Assembly: GCA_013265495.1 (NCBI GenBank)
Contig: MU058533.1
Span: 1-64,000, forward strand
Length of the DNA: 64,000 nt
Source: Vicugna vicugna
Taxonomy: Eukaryota
Direction of reading: 5' to 3'
How positions within the stretch are numbered: position 1 is the first letter of the stretch; every line of letters begins with the position of its first letter. The notes under the pieces are model-generated. The model did no database searches, had not been told where the DNA came from, and saw only the letters and a list, made by a program, of their open reading frames with translations. Made by a program: the position numbers and the translations under genes. Positions 49,801-61,117 of this stretch are shown one piece after another.

Positions 49801-52800
49801 AAGCTTACTGTTTTGAATTTAGAGTTTCATGAGGTATACTAGAAACTAAAGCCTTCTGAGCATCTACTGTGTGCCAAGAATATGACTCCATTACATCATC
49901 TTGATCATCCTTTAAGAACGGATTATTATCCTGGTTTTACAGATGAGGAAACTGAGGCTTGGAGAGGAAAATCAGTGACCCCCAAAGCCCTCCAGCAGAG
50001 CCAAGATTCTAGACCATATGTGTCCGAGGCCACTCCTCCTTTCCCAGGGCTCCAGAGGGGCTCAAGAAACTCACATGCATGATGTCTGCACTCTTGTTGA
50101 AAATCTTCATATACGGCTTCAAGATGTCAAAGTGGAAGGCAGGTGTCAGCAGGCGGCGATGGTGGCTCCACTTGTCACCGGCACTTAGCAGGAGCCCATC
50201 CCCTAGCAGAGGCAGCCACGGGGAGTGAGAAAGGGCAGCCTCTTCCCCTGGGCCCAGAGGTGTCCCCAGCCCCCTTCACTCACAGTTACTCACCCAGCCA
50301 GGGCTTCAGGAAGCTGTAGAAAAACATATCCTTGGGTACGACGGTGGCTGACATGAGAGACAGAACATCAGGGGCCATGGAGAGAGGGAGGGGAGGGACT
50401 TTCGGGGGAGGATGGGGGCTCCCAGCCAGGAGTCTGCATTTCCTTTCCAAGCCCAGCATAGCAGAAATGGGGCCAAGGGCAGAGGAAACAGGAAGGAGGG
50501 GGGACCAGACCAGGCTGCAGCACAGAGTAGAGCAAAGGCAGAACCCATAGACACATCCCTACATGCTCAGATGCACCCTAACATGGCACAACATGTCCCA
50601 GCATGCCTTGACATGTCTCCCACATGGTCCAGTATGTTCTAAATACCTGAGCACAGCCCAGCACTCTACAAAATGCCTAACAGGAACCTAGGACACTTTG
50701 CCCCAGCACTCTCTGACATCTCCAGGAATATCTGACACAGCCCCAACATATGTTAAAATGTAACATGAAGCAACATGCATGACATGCCCTGACATGGCAC
50801 AGCTCTGACATGGGCCTGAGACACCTCAGCATGTCCCACATGTCCCTCAGATGGGCCCCAGACAGGACTTCAATGCAGTTCCATTAATGTCCCAGAGATG
50901 GCCCAGGTGTGACATAGACAGCCTCAGTACCCTCCTCCACCCTACACTTGGCATTAGGTGTTGGGGCTCAACAGACTCCTCTGTCCTTAAAGAGACCAGA
51001 GGATGCTGTACCCCTAAGATGCTGAGCTCCACCCAACTAGATACAGTTAGAAACCTGGGGTCTGGTGGTATTCTCCCACAATACTCTGGCCACATCCCTC
51101 CCCAAAATCACCTTCTAGCTTAGGGTCCCTCCCATCAGAGGCAGCTAGAGGCAGCTAGAGAACATACAGAGCTAAGAGGGAAGCTTTAGTATGCTACATG
51201 GCCTTGAGACACCATTATTAAAACCTGGATCCAGCCATGCCTGAAGACAACCCTCCCTGAGCTTTTCAATCAATAGATTCCCTTTCTAAACAGTGTGAGT
51301 TTCCACTACTCAAAACTTAAAGAGACTTTGGCAACAAGAGAGAACCAGAGGCCTGCCCAGGATCATCCAGCAGGTCTCTGTCAATGCTGCCCATTCCCCT
51401 GCTCAACCTGGTCTGTTCAGGAGTGGGAAGGGCTGGGAGCAGGGGAAGGAGAGAAGCTGGGGTTTGGGGCTCCTGGGAGAGATACCTGGGGCCTGGAGCA
51501 GAGCAGCAACAAAGTTAGGGTGGACAAGTCGCAGGATGGGACAGAAGGGCCCCATCCACCAGAGGTGGATGTCGCGGAAGTAGTGGCCCAGATCTTCAAT
51601 CAGTCGCAAGCCCTCCTCATTGCTCTTTGCCTGGAGATGGGTCAGGATGAGACCAGGCCTGGCAGGGGGCCTCAGGAACTACAACTGCCCACTGCATCCC
51701 ATACCCACCACACTCACTATCCCCCATCTCCCCTCCTGCCTGGGTTATCAAAGATCTGTACTTCTCGCCAACTTTTCCATGTCTATCTGTGTGCTTCTCC
51801 CTTCCCCTCACTCTCTTCATCTCTCTGTATAGATAGATAGATAGATAATGGGTGAATAAAAAGGTAGATGATAGGTGGATGGATGGATAGACATGATAGA
51901 TGTAGATAGATGATAAGTGGACAGATAAATGATGGGTGGATGGAAAATGGTTAGATAGAAAGATGGGTAGATAATGGGTGGATGGATGGAGAAATGATTA
52001 GATGATGGGTGGGGAGATGATAGATGGATGGAAATGGATAGAAATAGAGATAGAGAGAATGGATGGATGGATGGATGGAGAAATGATTAGATGATGTGTA
52101 GATAGATGATGAGTGGATGGATGGAAACGGATAGATAGGTAGGTAGATAAACAGATAAACAGATAGATGTGTTTGTATCTATGTGTATATATACACATAT
52201 ATATATATGTGTGTGTGTGTGTATATATATATGTCTCTTTTGCTCCATTGATGTCTCTATGTGTCCTTTCTGTCTCCTTCACTCTTTCTCTGTATGTCTC
52301 TCTTTCTCTGCCCCTATTTCTGTCTCTCCAACTCCCCGTCTCTGTTCTCACCTCCACACCTCCCATGGCGCTCCATCATTCTCAGAATCAATCCCCTGCC
52401 TTTACCTGGTCTCGAAGTCCTGCTCACCCTACTCCTCTCTGCCTTATCTTCCCCTGCAGCACTCTAGCAGCACTGAGCTCCTTCCTGTGGTTCAAAGCCA
52501 GGTGCTCACTTCTCACCTCCAGGCTTTGAATGTGAGTATCCTCTCCACAGAATACACTTTCTTTGCTTTGCTTAAAAAATGCTTACTAATGATCCCAGAC
52601 TCTCTCCCAACAACTCTTCCTCCAAGAAGCCTCCGGCCTTCCCAACAGTAGAAGACTTGCCTCCTCTCTGGGCTCCCCTGGACCCTGTCTCTCTGTCAGA
52701 CCCACCCTGACCACACAGGATTAGGAGTGTCTCTAATTCTGTGTGCCCAAGAGTGGGACTTCCTCCAGGGAAGAGCCTGGGCTGAGTCTCCCCAAGGACC

Positions 52801-55800
52801 CCCAGGCAGTGTCCAGAACACTAGAAAGGGGTTGACAAATAAATGAAAGAAAGAAAAAGATGACCAAGGGTGCCCAAGAGCAGGAGGGGCCTTTGGACCT
52901 ACAGGGGCTGCACCAAAGCTTGGCAGTTGAGGGGCTCACGACCCTTGGATGCTGCAATGGCACCCACCGCCACATGCACATGTGGGAACCTGTGGTGTTG
53001 GTGACAGACCAGGCAAGACCAGGGTGGTAGAAAATGGTGAGGAAGACGATGGGTCCCAGCCAGATCATAAGTCCCTGGGGGCAGGTAGCCATGTTGAATT
53101 AAGTCCCTCAAGCCCTGCAAGGACCATCACTCCCCAAAAGCAGCCACAGCAGGTCCCCCTGCAGCCACTGCAGGAAGAAGAGATGCTCTCTGCCCACAGG
53201 GAGGCTGACCTTGGCTCAAGAAGACAGAAATTTTTCATCCTGGGAGTGGGTCCAGTCTAAGGGGCGACCACAGAAGGAGATCCCCATGGGGAAGGTTTGT
53301 GGGTAGTAGGGTGCCCTCAGGACTTGTCCTTGGGTTTTGGTCCCACATCCTTTCATGTTCTGGCTGGTCCACAAGGCCTCCAGTTCCTTGCATAGTATAG
53401 GGTCTGCAATCCTCGGACTTTCCAGCCCTGGTAGACCCCAAAGGACAGATGTGAACTCTGCCTGCCAATCAGGACAGCAGCTCCCACCTATGAACCCCTT
53501 CTGCTGGCCAGGCTCTGTGCATAGTGCATCCTATCTGTCTGTCTGTCTATCCGTCTATCTAGGACATCCTCTCCATCTATTCCTCACCATACATCCTAGC
53601 TATCTATCTATTGCTCCTGAACCTGTAGACACTCCCATCAATCATGCCATTTACAAATGAAGAAACAGAGGCCACATCCTCTAAAAGGGGAAGGCAGGTG
53701 GGTCACCGACTAGTGAGGCATCTTCCCCAACCCCTCGGGATGCCCCATCCAAGCCTGACAAATACCACCAGGTACTCCAGGCAGGTAAATATAAGTCATT
53801 TTCACCATTATGACCTGCTCCCTGCTCCCTGAGGACCATGAGGTACTTGAAAAGACTGGTCCAGAGAGGGAGAGTGACTCAACCAAGGTCACACAGGAAG
53901 AGAGACTCAAGGAGAGACGAGTGAGCAAGTCCAGCCTCCATGGCTGAGCCTATGGAGGGGGAGTCAGAAATGCAGGAACTTTATAACATTCCTGCTGCCT
54001 CCAGGGCTTGCTGAGAACATTCCAAGACCCATAATCTCAGGCAACCTCCACGATGACCTTGGGACATCCTGTTCTGTAATGAGCTGATCTGGGGGGGAAG
54101 AGGACAGAAGCTGGATGCTTACGCCTTTGGCCTTGGGTAAAAAGGGAGGTGATGGCAAGTTACCCAGGCTTCCAGCACAATATCATCAAACATTTATTAA
54201 GGGCCTGCTGTATGTTAGCTTCTGGTCTGGGCCACTGTAGGTATTATGTCTGCCCTCCAGATCTACCATCTAGTGGGAGAGATGGAAAATACACAAATAA
54301 TTGGACAATTCACTAGGTAAATATGAGCAAGGCCAAGTCAGAGGTCAAGGTCTGTGGGGGTCAAGGGAGGCCTGTAGAAGGTCGTTACATTTGAGCTGAA
54401 AGTGGGAGGATAAGGAGCAATTCATTGGGTAACTGCAGGAAGAGAAGTGCTTCCACGCCAAAGAGCAGCACAAGCAAAAGCCCTGCGGTGGGAAGGGCTT
54501 GCTCTTTGAGGAGATAAAGCAGGAACTCAGAGTGTCCGTGACATGCACAGGGCTGAGGAGGACCACAGGGCCTGGCCAGGAAACATTTAGTCTTTATCTT
54601 CAGAGCAATAGGCAGGTATTGAAGAGTTTTCAGCCCAGAAGTGGTATGATCTAAACTTCAAACAAATCTCTCCATGGCTAAAGAGAGAGTGGATGAGAGA
54701 GGACAATGGTAGCAATGATGAGACCAGAGAGCAGGCTGGGAGAGGCTTCCTGGATGGGGCCAGGGGTGGCAGGAGATGCAGAGAGGGGACAGATGGAGGA
54801 GAGATTGTGGAGGCAGTGCATTAGGGCCAGATGCACAGGTGAAAGAGGCAGGTTTGGAGACCCCAGACTATGGGATGTGGGCAACCAGAAGGATAGACTA
54901 GACTAAGGGTGGGGACAGAATTGGGGAGGGAGCCACGAGTTCAGATTCTGACCAAGGAATGAGGTGTTTATGAGACTGTTATATGAGGAGAGAAGGAAGG
55001 AGCTGGACACATGACCTTGGGCTCAGGAGAGATGTGAACTCATGGTCCACTTACGAGTTAGAGCCCTGGGTAAGAAGGTGGCCTCAGGAGAAAGAGAAGG
55101 AGAAGGGGTTAGGATGCTGGTGGTGCCCCACATGGGTGAAGAAGGAGCCAAGTGGAGACAGAGGGACCATGGGGAGGTAGAGGGGAGACCAGGGGAGGGT
55201 GGTGTCTTGGAATCAAGAGGAAAAGGAGGTTCCAGGAGGACAGGGTGGTCCACAAGCTCAGAGAACTGCTGGGAGGTGGACAAGATGGGGCCAGAGGGAG
55301 TCGGTGGGATTTAGAGACCTAGAGGTCACAGCCATATGGCAGGAGCATGATGGAGGTGGAGACCAGACTGGAGCAGGTTAGAGCAAGCAGAGAAATGGAG
55401 GCAAAGAATGCAAACAACTCTGTGCACAAGGAGATGGCAGAGCGAGCAGACTGGAGGTTTTGTGCAGAATGAGGCCCATTGGAAATGGGCAGTTGGGGAT
55501 TTACATGTCACCCCTCTGTCTTGTTTTGTGACCTTCTCTAGCATCATCATGGAAAAGAGATCAGAGGATGTGGTGGGTTGAGCTCACACAAGGCAAAGGT
55601 TTTCCAAAGAGCCATGAAGGAAAGCCCAGTTGCCAAGAGACTTCAGCCCATGGACAAAGGATGAGAATCTAAGCTATTTGTGTCCAAAGAAGTAAGAGCA
55701 AAAGGAAGCTGTTGGACTTGGGTGTAGAGGTTAACTAGACATCTTGGCAGGGTCTAGGATGGGAGAAGATGGGAAAAAGAAACTGGAAGGAAGTAGGGTT

Positions 55801-56830
55801 GTGGTCAAAGAATGCAACCTCCAGATCAATGGCTTTGGAGGTGGTGACTTTACAGGTGATGACAAAGTCCAAAGTGTGATTGTGGCAATAGGGAACTGAC
55901 ACAGCACAGAGGAAGGGCCTCTGGAATGAGGCTAGGAAGGTGGGCCAGGAGCCCCCTCCCAGGAGGTTTGGCCATTAGGGCAGAGGCCAGAGTGATTCCT
56001 TCTGAAACGGGGAGCGGTCCACTTTTATCCAAGTTGGACACTGTAGCCCACTGATGTACCTTGAGGGTGGAAGACAAAATAAGAAAAAGAAGGTACCTGA
56101 GAAAGAGGAGGAGGAGGAGGGACTGCCCACATGTCTTCTCCAGCCCAGCTGTGCCCCATCAAGGTAAGACAGGGTGGAGGTCATGGTCAGTTCCTCGGGG
56201 GGGAAGTGGAAAAACCAAAGAGGAGCAAACACTGGCCTGAGGTCAACAGAAATGAACCAGGCAGGGAACGGACCTCAGACAGTGGCCCTGAGGAGGCCTC
56301 AAGACTGGCAGTAAAGAACACGGGGGCATCAGGGGACCCCCAGAGGCCCACCCAAGAGCCCCTCAGATGTGCACTAATGTGGGGAGATAGGCAGAAACAT
56401 GATCCAAAACAGTCTCGGGGTAAGGAAGGGCAAGAACAGCAAGGCGCTGGGGCGTGGAGCGGACCAAGAGGAGAGGGTTGGACCTGCCTGGGGAGTGAGG
56501 CAGGAGGTCTCCCTTGCTTCTCTGCTGCCCTAGACCCCAGCCCAACCCCAGACCCCCAGCTCCGATTTCCAGCTCCTCCGGAAATCCATCCACCTGAGCC
56601 CTGAGACCTGTCCTGTGGCACACACTCACCAGATCCAGGTGACCCCAAAACCAGTTCCGTTTTGGGGGCTGCGGGAAACACCGGAGGCGGCGAGCATTGT
56701 CATAGAAGACATAGGTCCAGGACAGGACGCGGGCCAGGAGCCAGGAGACCACGGCCAGCAGCAGCAGCAGCAGCCACAGGGAGGCTGCCACCGGCCCGAG
56801 ACCCAGCCAGGACAGGCTCATCTGCAGCAT
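40697..56830 (-). CDS. CYP4F: Cytochrome P450 4F subfamily gene B (uses a CYP4F5/4F6-like exon 3b), multi-exon, 525 aa
   Basis: Coding exons: 56830-56630, 51630-51486, 50347-50294, 50202-50075, 48674-48553, 47848-47578, 47235-47169, 46982-46853, 41561-41428, 41347-41283, 41159-41077, 40874-40697, total 1578 nt, all GT-AG. FMFEGHDTT, ESLR and FSAGPRNCIG are intact. Confidence 0.9.
41077..41159 (-). CDS. CYP4F: Gene B E12 (83 nt; [27 protein letters not shown])
   Basis: cag/gtaagg, in frame. Confidence 0.93.
41283..41347 (-). CDS. CYP4F: Gene B E11 (65 nt; [21 protein letters not shown])
   Basis: tag/gtgcgt, in frame. Confidence 0.92.
41428..41561 (-). CDS. CYP4F: Gene B E10 (134 nt; [30 protein letters not shown]...IPK)
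   Basis: tag/gtaccc, ExxR motif. Confidence 0.93.
41670..45325 (+). mobile_element. Cluster of degenerate old L1 fragments filling the gene B intron between E9 and E10
   Basis: A-rich ORF2/3'UTR-like pieces ending in the L1 3' tail ...TATATGTCAATTATTTCTCAATAAA. Confidence 0.65.
46853..46982 (-). CDS. CYP4F: Gene B E9 (130 nt; [29 protein letters not shown]...EIEW)
   Basis: cag/gtgagt, in frame. Confidence 0.93.
47169..47235 (-). CDS. CYP4F: Gene B E8 (67 nt; [22 protein letters not shown])
   Basis: cag/gtgagt, conserved Glu (GAG at 47172-47170). Confidence 0.93.
47578..47848 (-). CDS. CYP4F: Gene B E7 (271 nt; [13 protein letters not shown]...[11 protein letters not shown])
   Basis: tag/gtcagc, matches ORF 47557..47967. 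Confidence 0.93.
48553..48674 (-). CDS. CYP4F: Gene B E6 (122 nt; [40 protein letters not shown])
   Basis: tag/gtgagt, in frame. Confidence 0.93.
50075..50202 (-). CDS. CYP4F: Gene B E5 (128 nt; [30 protein letters not shown]...)
   Basis: tag/gtgagt, in frame. Confidence 0.93.
50294..50347 (-). CDS. CYP4F: Gene B E4 (54 nt; [17 protein letters not shown])
   Basis: cag/gtgagt, in frame. Confidence 0.92.
51486..51630 (-). CDS. CYP4F: Gene B exon 3b (145 nt; [48 protein letters not shown])
   Basis: ctccag|...G|gtatct, open frame, phase 0 to 1. It is the only intact exon-3 type in gene B. Confidence 0.9.
51825..52232 (+). repeat. Compound (GATA)n/(GGAT)n/(TA)n/(TG)n microsatellite
   Basis: Seen directly. 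It lies between the dead exon 3a and the live exon 3b of gene B. Confidence 0.9.
52990..53114 (-). pseudogene. Gene B degenerate exon 3a (125 nt relic)
   Basis: GLRDLIQ-(frameshift)[34 protein letters not shown] is homologous to 19656-19800. It lacks about the first 18 nt plus 2 nt internally, but AG and GT are still present. Confidence 0.85.
56630..56830 (-). CDS. CYP4F: Gene B E2 (201 nt coding; [10 protein letters not shown]...WFWGHLDL)
   Basis: cag|A ATG start, donor gtgagt, one more CTG than gene A. Confidence 0.93.
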
Positions 56831-57247
56831 TCTGCGGGGCAGACAGGATGGTGGTGAGGACAGGGGCGGGTGGGGAGGGTGAGGCAGAGACAGATAGCAG
56901 GAGAGGAAGGAGAGAGTGAGGGGCAGAGGCAGGGAGGGCGAGGATGGGACAAGAAGAGCTTAGAGAAGGGCAGACAGGGACCCAGAGAGGGGAGGGACAC
57001 TCAGGGAAATCCAGAGGACAAGGGAGAGAGACAGAGACAGAGAGATAAAGAAGGAAAAGGAGACGAATGAAAAGGAGACGAATTCAGCCCCAGCTGAATC
57101 AGCAGGAGGTTGCCAGGGGCTCCGGTTACAAGGAAACCACCGTCCCCTCAACCACCCCGGGCCAGCTCTCTCCCTGGAGCCACCCAGCCTTGGGCAGTGT
57201 CCCTCCCAGCCCCAGACCAAATCCTCTCTGGCCGCCCAGCCTGGCAC

Positions 57248-57285
57248 CTTCTGTCTGGAGCAACTAGTCCCACACAACTTCCTCT
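57248..57285 (-). other. Gene B non-coding exon 1 (5' end approximate)
   Basis: Minus strand reads ...TTGCTCCAGACAGAAG|gtgcca. Paralogous to gene A exon 1, with GATAAA about 25 nt upstream. Confidence 0.6.
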
Positions 57286-57299
57286 GCCCTCCTCCTGGG

Positions 57300-57365
57300 A
57301 GGTCTTTATCCCTGGCTTGACCTCTCAACTGGGGAGAGGCTGGGTTTGGCTGAGTCAGCCAATCC
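57300..57365 (-). promoter_or_regulatory. Gene B core promoter: GATAAA TATA-like box, AP-1/MARE-like site, inverted CCAAT
   Basis: tttatc at 57305-57310, TGAGTCA at 57351-57357 within GGCTGAGTCAGCC, CCAAT at 57359-57363, all directly upstream of exon 1. Confidence 0.55.
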
Positions 57366-58551
57366 CAGCACGCCGGGCTGCCTCCTCCCTGCCTGGCGTC
57401 TGCCCAAGACTTAAAACCGGAGGCAGCTGACTCTGGAGAGGAACCAGCTCCGAGTCACATGGTGCAGACGCTGAGTTCTGAGGATCAGCCCCTCCCACAC
57501 GGGGTGAGGGGCTTGTGGGGAGTGGGGGGCGGGCAAAGGTGACTGCTGCTCAGGTACCAGGTGAGCAGGGCAAACATCTCCACACGTGGGCCAGGAAGGT
57601 GTCACATACCATTTCTTGACACAGAATCAGGAACCTCAGTGACACAAAGCCTCTGGCCTCTGGGGCACACAGCCTGGTAGGAGTCCAAGTCCTGCCTCCA
57701 AGCAGCCCAGGGCCTGGGTTGAGACATGCCTGCCCGGGGCAGGAACAGAGAAACCAGCTGGCTGGGGATTACTCGCATCAGTTTCAGGGGATAAAATGGC
57801 CCCATCTGAACAGGGCACCTGGAGGGGTAAGGGGTAAGGCTGTGAGGGTCCAGGAGAGAACAGGGTCCAGATAGGGGAGGGCAGAGCTGGGAGATCCTGA
57901 GTGGAGTTCTACCCCGCCCTCACTCTGACTGTTGGCTGTGCTGACCCTCTCTGGGCTCAGTCTTCCCATCTAGGAAATGGGATGTCAGCCTTAAAGGGGG
58001 CACACCAGATCCAGATCCTGTCCCAAAGTGGTCTCAGCACCCCCTGAAGTCTCCTCATGGTCAGGCTCCAAGATGAGAGTGAGTTTGAAGGATGAGGCGG
58101 CTGAGTGAAAGGGTTTGGACAATCATTCCTCCTGCAACGAATAGAATGTTGGAGGAAATGCCCTAAATTTCCTCCACCCCCCTCCCCCACCCGCATTCCT
58201 TCCAGGCCTACCTGATCCAGCTTCAAGTGACCGGTCCTGGAGCCCTGAGCAAGTCTGGATTTTCTGCCCTAGATTCTTTTCTTCCTCTGCTGAGGTGGAT
58301 CCACCTGCTGACAGGTGCATCCAGAGGTGAGTCAGGGCAGGCCTAGGATAGATGAGAAGCAGCAGGACTAGCCAGATGGGGGAGCAGAGAAGCAGGAGGA
58401 AAGAAGAGGAAACAGAGGTCCAGAGAGGTGCAGTAACTCACTCCAGCCCCAGAGAGAAGTAATTCAACAAGACAACATGAGTGAAAGGAAATCCTGGCTC
58501 AAAGGTTACCTCCTCCTGGAAGCCCTCACATCTCTATTATGGTCTGGTACA

Positions 58552-59115
58552 TTTTTTTTTAATTGACGTATAGTCAGTTTACAATGTGCCAATTTCTGGT
58601 GTACAGCATAATGTTTCAGTCATACACACACATACATATATTCCTTTTCATATTCTTTTTCATTATAGGTTACTACAAGATATTGAATATAGTTCCCTGT
58701 GCTATACAGAAGAAATTTGTTGTTTATCTATTTTATATATACTAGTTAATATTTGAAAATCTCAAACTCCTTTATCCCTTCCCACCTCCTTTCCCCACCA
58801 CCTGGTAACCATAAGATTGTTTGCTACATCTGTGAGTTTGTGTCTATGTTGTAGATGAGTTCATTAGTGTCTTCGTTTTTCTTTTCTTTTTTTTAGATTC
58901 CACATATAAGTGATATCATATGGTATTTTTCTTTCTCTTTCTGGCTTTCTTCGCTTAGAATGATGATCTCCAGGTCCATCCTTGTTGCTGCAAATGGCAT
59001 TTTTATTCTTTTTTATGGCTGAGTAGTATTCCATTGTATAAACATAGTGCAGCTTCTTTCTGTCAATGGACATTTACGTTGTTTCCATGGCACAAAAACA
59101 TATAGATCAATGGAA
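58552..59115 (-). mobile_element. L1 3' end (reverse) with a short inverted L1 piece at its 5' junction
   Basis: poly(T)-AATTGACGTATAGTCAGTTTACAATG...CCATTGTATA, then plus-strand GGCACAAAAACA-TATAGATCAATGGAAC. Confidence 0.8.
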
Positions 59116-60205
59116 CATTCTTGACTGTTTAACTGATCATCGCCCATCTGCCCTTTAGAGGAGCCTCTTGGCAGCATAGATGACGTCTGCTGTGCTTCCT
59201 GGCACATCATGGATATTCATTAACAATTTAGGGAAGAAAGGGACTTTTATTGCTGTGAGCTTCAAAGAAGTGGCCACACAAAACTGTGTTCCTCAGACCA
59301 GCCACATGGGCATTAGCAGCAGCACCTAGGAAATGTCGAATCTGGGGCTCTAACCCAGACTCACAAAGGTGATGGCTGCAGGTATTCTGCTCTTGTCCCC
59401 AGAAAGAGGAGGACTTAATTTCTCTTCTTAAATCTGGACTGGCCTGGGGTCAGCAAGTGCTGTGCTAGTATGGGCCTTGAAGAGGGCTGGCAGATTAAAT
59501 TTACATTTGCTTTTGAAACAGATGCCCTCAAAACCCAGTTGCCACACTATAAGGAAGCCCAAGCCTGAAGGAAAAGCCTTATTCCTGTAAATCAACAGCC
59601 CCAGCGGATTTCCCAGCCAACAGCTAGAGTCAAATGCCAGCCACAAGAGGGAGCCATCGAGCCGGTCCAGCCCAGTGCTTCCTCCAGGTTACCACAGCTC
59701 TGGGTGACCTCATGTGGTACCACAGAACCATCCAGCAGAGCCCAGCTGACATGCAGAATTTTAAGAGAAAATAAAATGATCACTGTTTTAAGCCACTAAG
59801 TTTTTGAGGGGGCTGTTCATCACAGAGTAACAGATCATCAGCGCGTGATTACATCTACTGAATCAGAATTTATCTTTTAACCAGATCCCAGGGATTCTAG
59901 TGCTTGCTCAAGTTTGAGAGTCACTGCTCAAAGAGACCTGAGTCAGGCTCTGCAGGGTATCTCAGGAAGCCTTACCCTGTCTGTCCTTCAGTTTGTTTGT
60001 TTGTTTGTTTTTTCAAATGAGGAGAAAAGTCTGTTTTTGCCAGGGCTGTGTGTTTACTGAGCACCCCCTGTGTCCCAGGCACTATTCTAGATGCCAGGAG
60101 GCAGCAGGAAGCACAGCAGACGTCATCTGTGCTTTTAAGAGGCTCCTCTAAGGGGCAGATGGACGACGAGCTAATACATGATCAAGAATGAAAGGGGAAA
60201 GGGCA

Positions 60206-60428
60206 GGGAGGGATAAGTTAGGAGTTTGGGATTAATTGATACTCATAACTATATATAAAATAAACAGCAAGGACCTACTGAACAGCACAGGGAACTATAT
60301 TCAATTTCTTATAATAACATAATGGAAAAGAATCTGAAAAAACATATATGTATGTATATGTATAACTGAATCACTTTGCTGTTCACCTGAAATTAACTAT
60401 ACTTCAATAAAAAAGAAGAATTTTTTTT
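60206..60428 (+). mobile_element. Short L1 3' tail
   Basis: GGGAGGGATAAGTTAGGAGTTTGGGATTAA...CTATACTTCAATAAAAA, TSD about AAGAATGAAAGGKGAAAGGGCA. Confidence 0.8.
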
Positions 60429-60743
60429 AAAGAATGAAAGGTGAAAGGGCAAGGTCGAGCTGAGCTCTACCCAGTGATACACTGGGGTGTATCATTGTGG
60501 CCATCGTAGTCATTAAGTCTCCCTTCTCCTCCTCCGCCTCCACTTCCACCTCCTCCTCCTCCTCCGCCGCCTCCCTCCATTTATTGTGTGATGATTGTTC
60601 ACAAAAACTAACCTGACCACCAAGGACCACCCCAAGCTACAGAACGGAGACTTGAAGAAAGGACCCTTGGGAAGTGTAGTGTTATAGAAAGAGACCACTT
60701 GTCCCCCTTTCCTCCCCAAGAGGTGGATTAAAGATAGTAGCAA

Positions 60744-60836
60744 GGAGGGTATGGTATAGCTCAGTGGTAGAGCATGTGCTTAGCATGCATGAAGTCCTTG
60801 ACTTCAATCCCCAGCACCTCTACTAAAAAAAAAAAA
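60744..60836 (+). mobile_element. tRNA-derived SINE (Vic-1-like, short form)
   Basis: GGTATAGCTCAGTGGTAGAGC...TTCAATCCCCAG followed by poly(A), TSD AAAGATAGYAGCAA. Confidence 0.85.
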
Positions 60837-60991
60837 AAGATAGCAGCAAAATCCTTGCTACCCCATCCCCTTAAGAGGTTATGATGATTTCGTGTGTGTG
60901 TCAACTAGGCTAAGCTGTAGTACCAAGTTATTTACTTAAACACTTACCCAGGTGTTGCTGAGAAGATGTTTCGTAAATAAGAGCTAATATC

Positions 60992-61117
60992 GGGGGAAGG
61001 GCATAGCTCAAGTGGTAGGGTGCATGCTTACCATACAATAGCTCCTGGGTTCAATCCCCAGTACCTCCTCTAAAAATAAATAAATAAACCTAATTACCTC
61101 CCCCCACCAAAAAAAAG
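60992..61117 (+). mobile_element. tRNA-derived SINE (Vic-1-like) nested in an MLT2-like LTR
   Basis: GCATAGCTCAAGTGGTAG...GGGTTCAATCCCCAGTACCTCC, A-rich tail. Confidence 0.8.
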
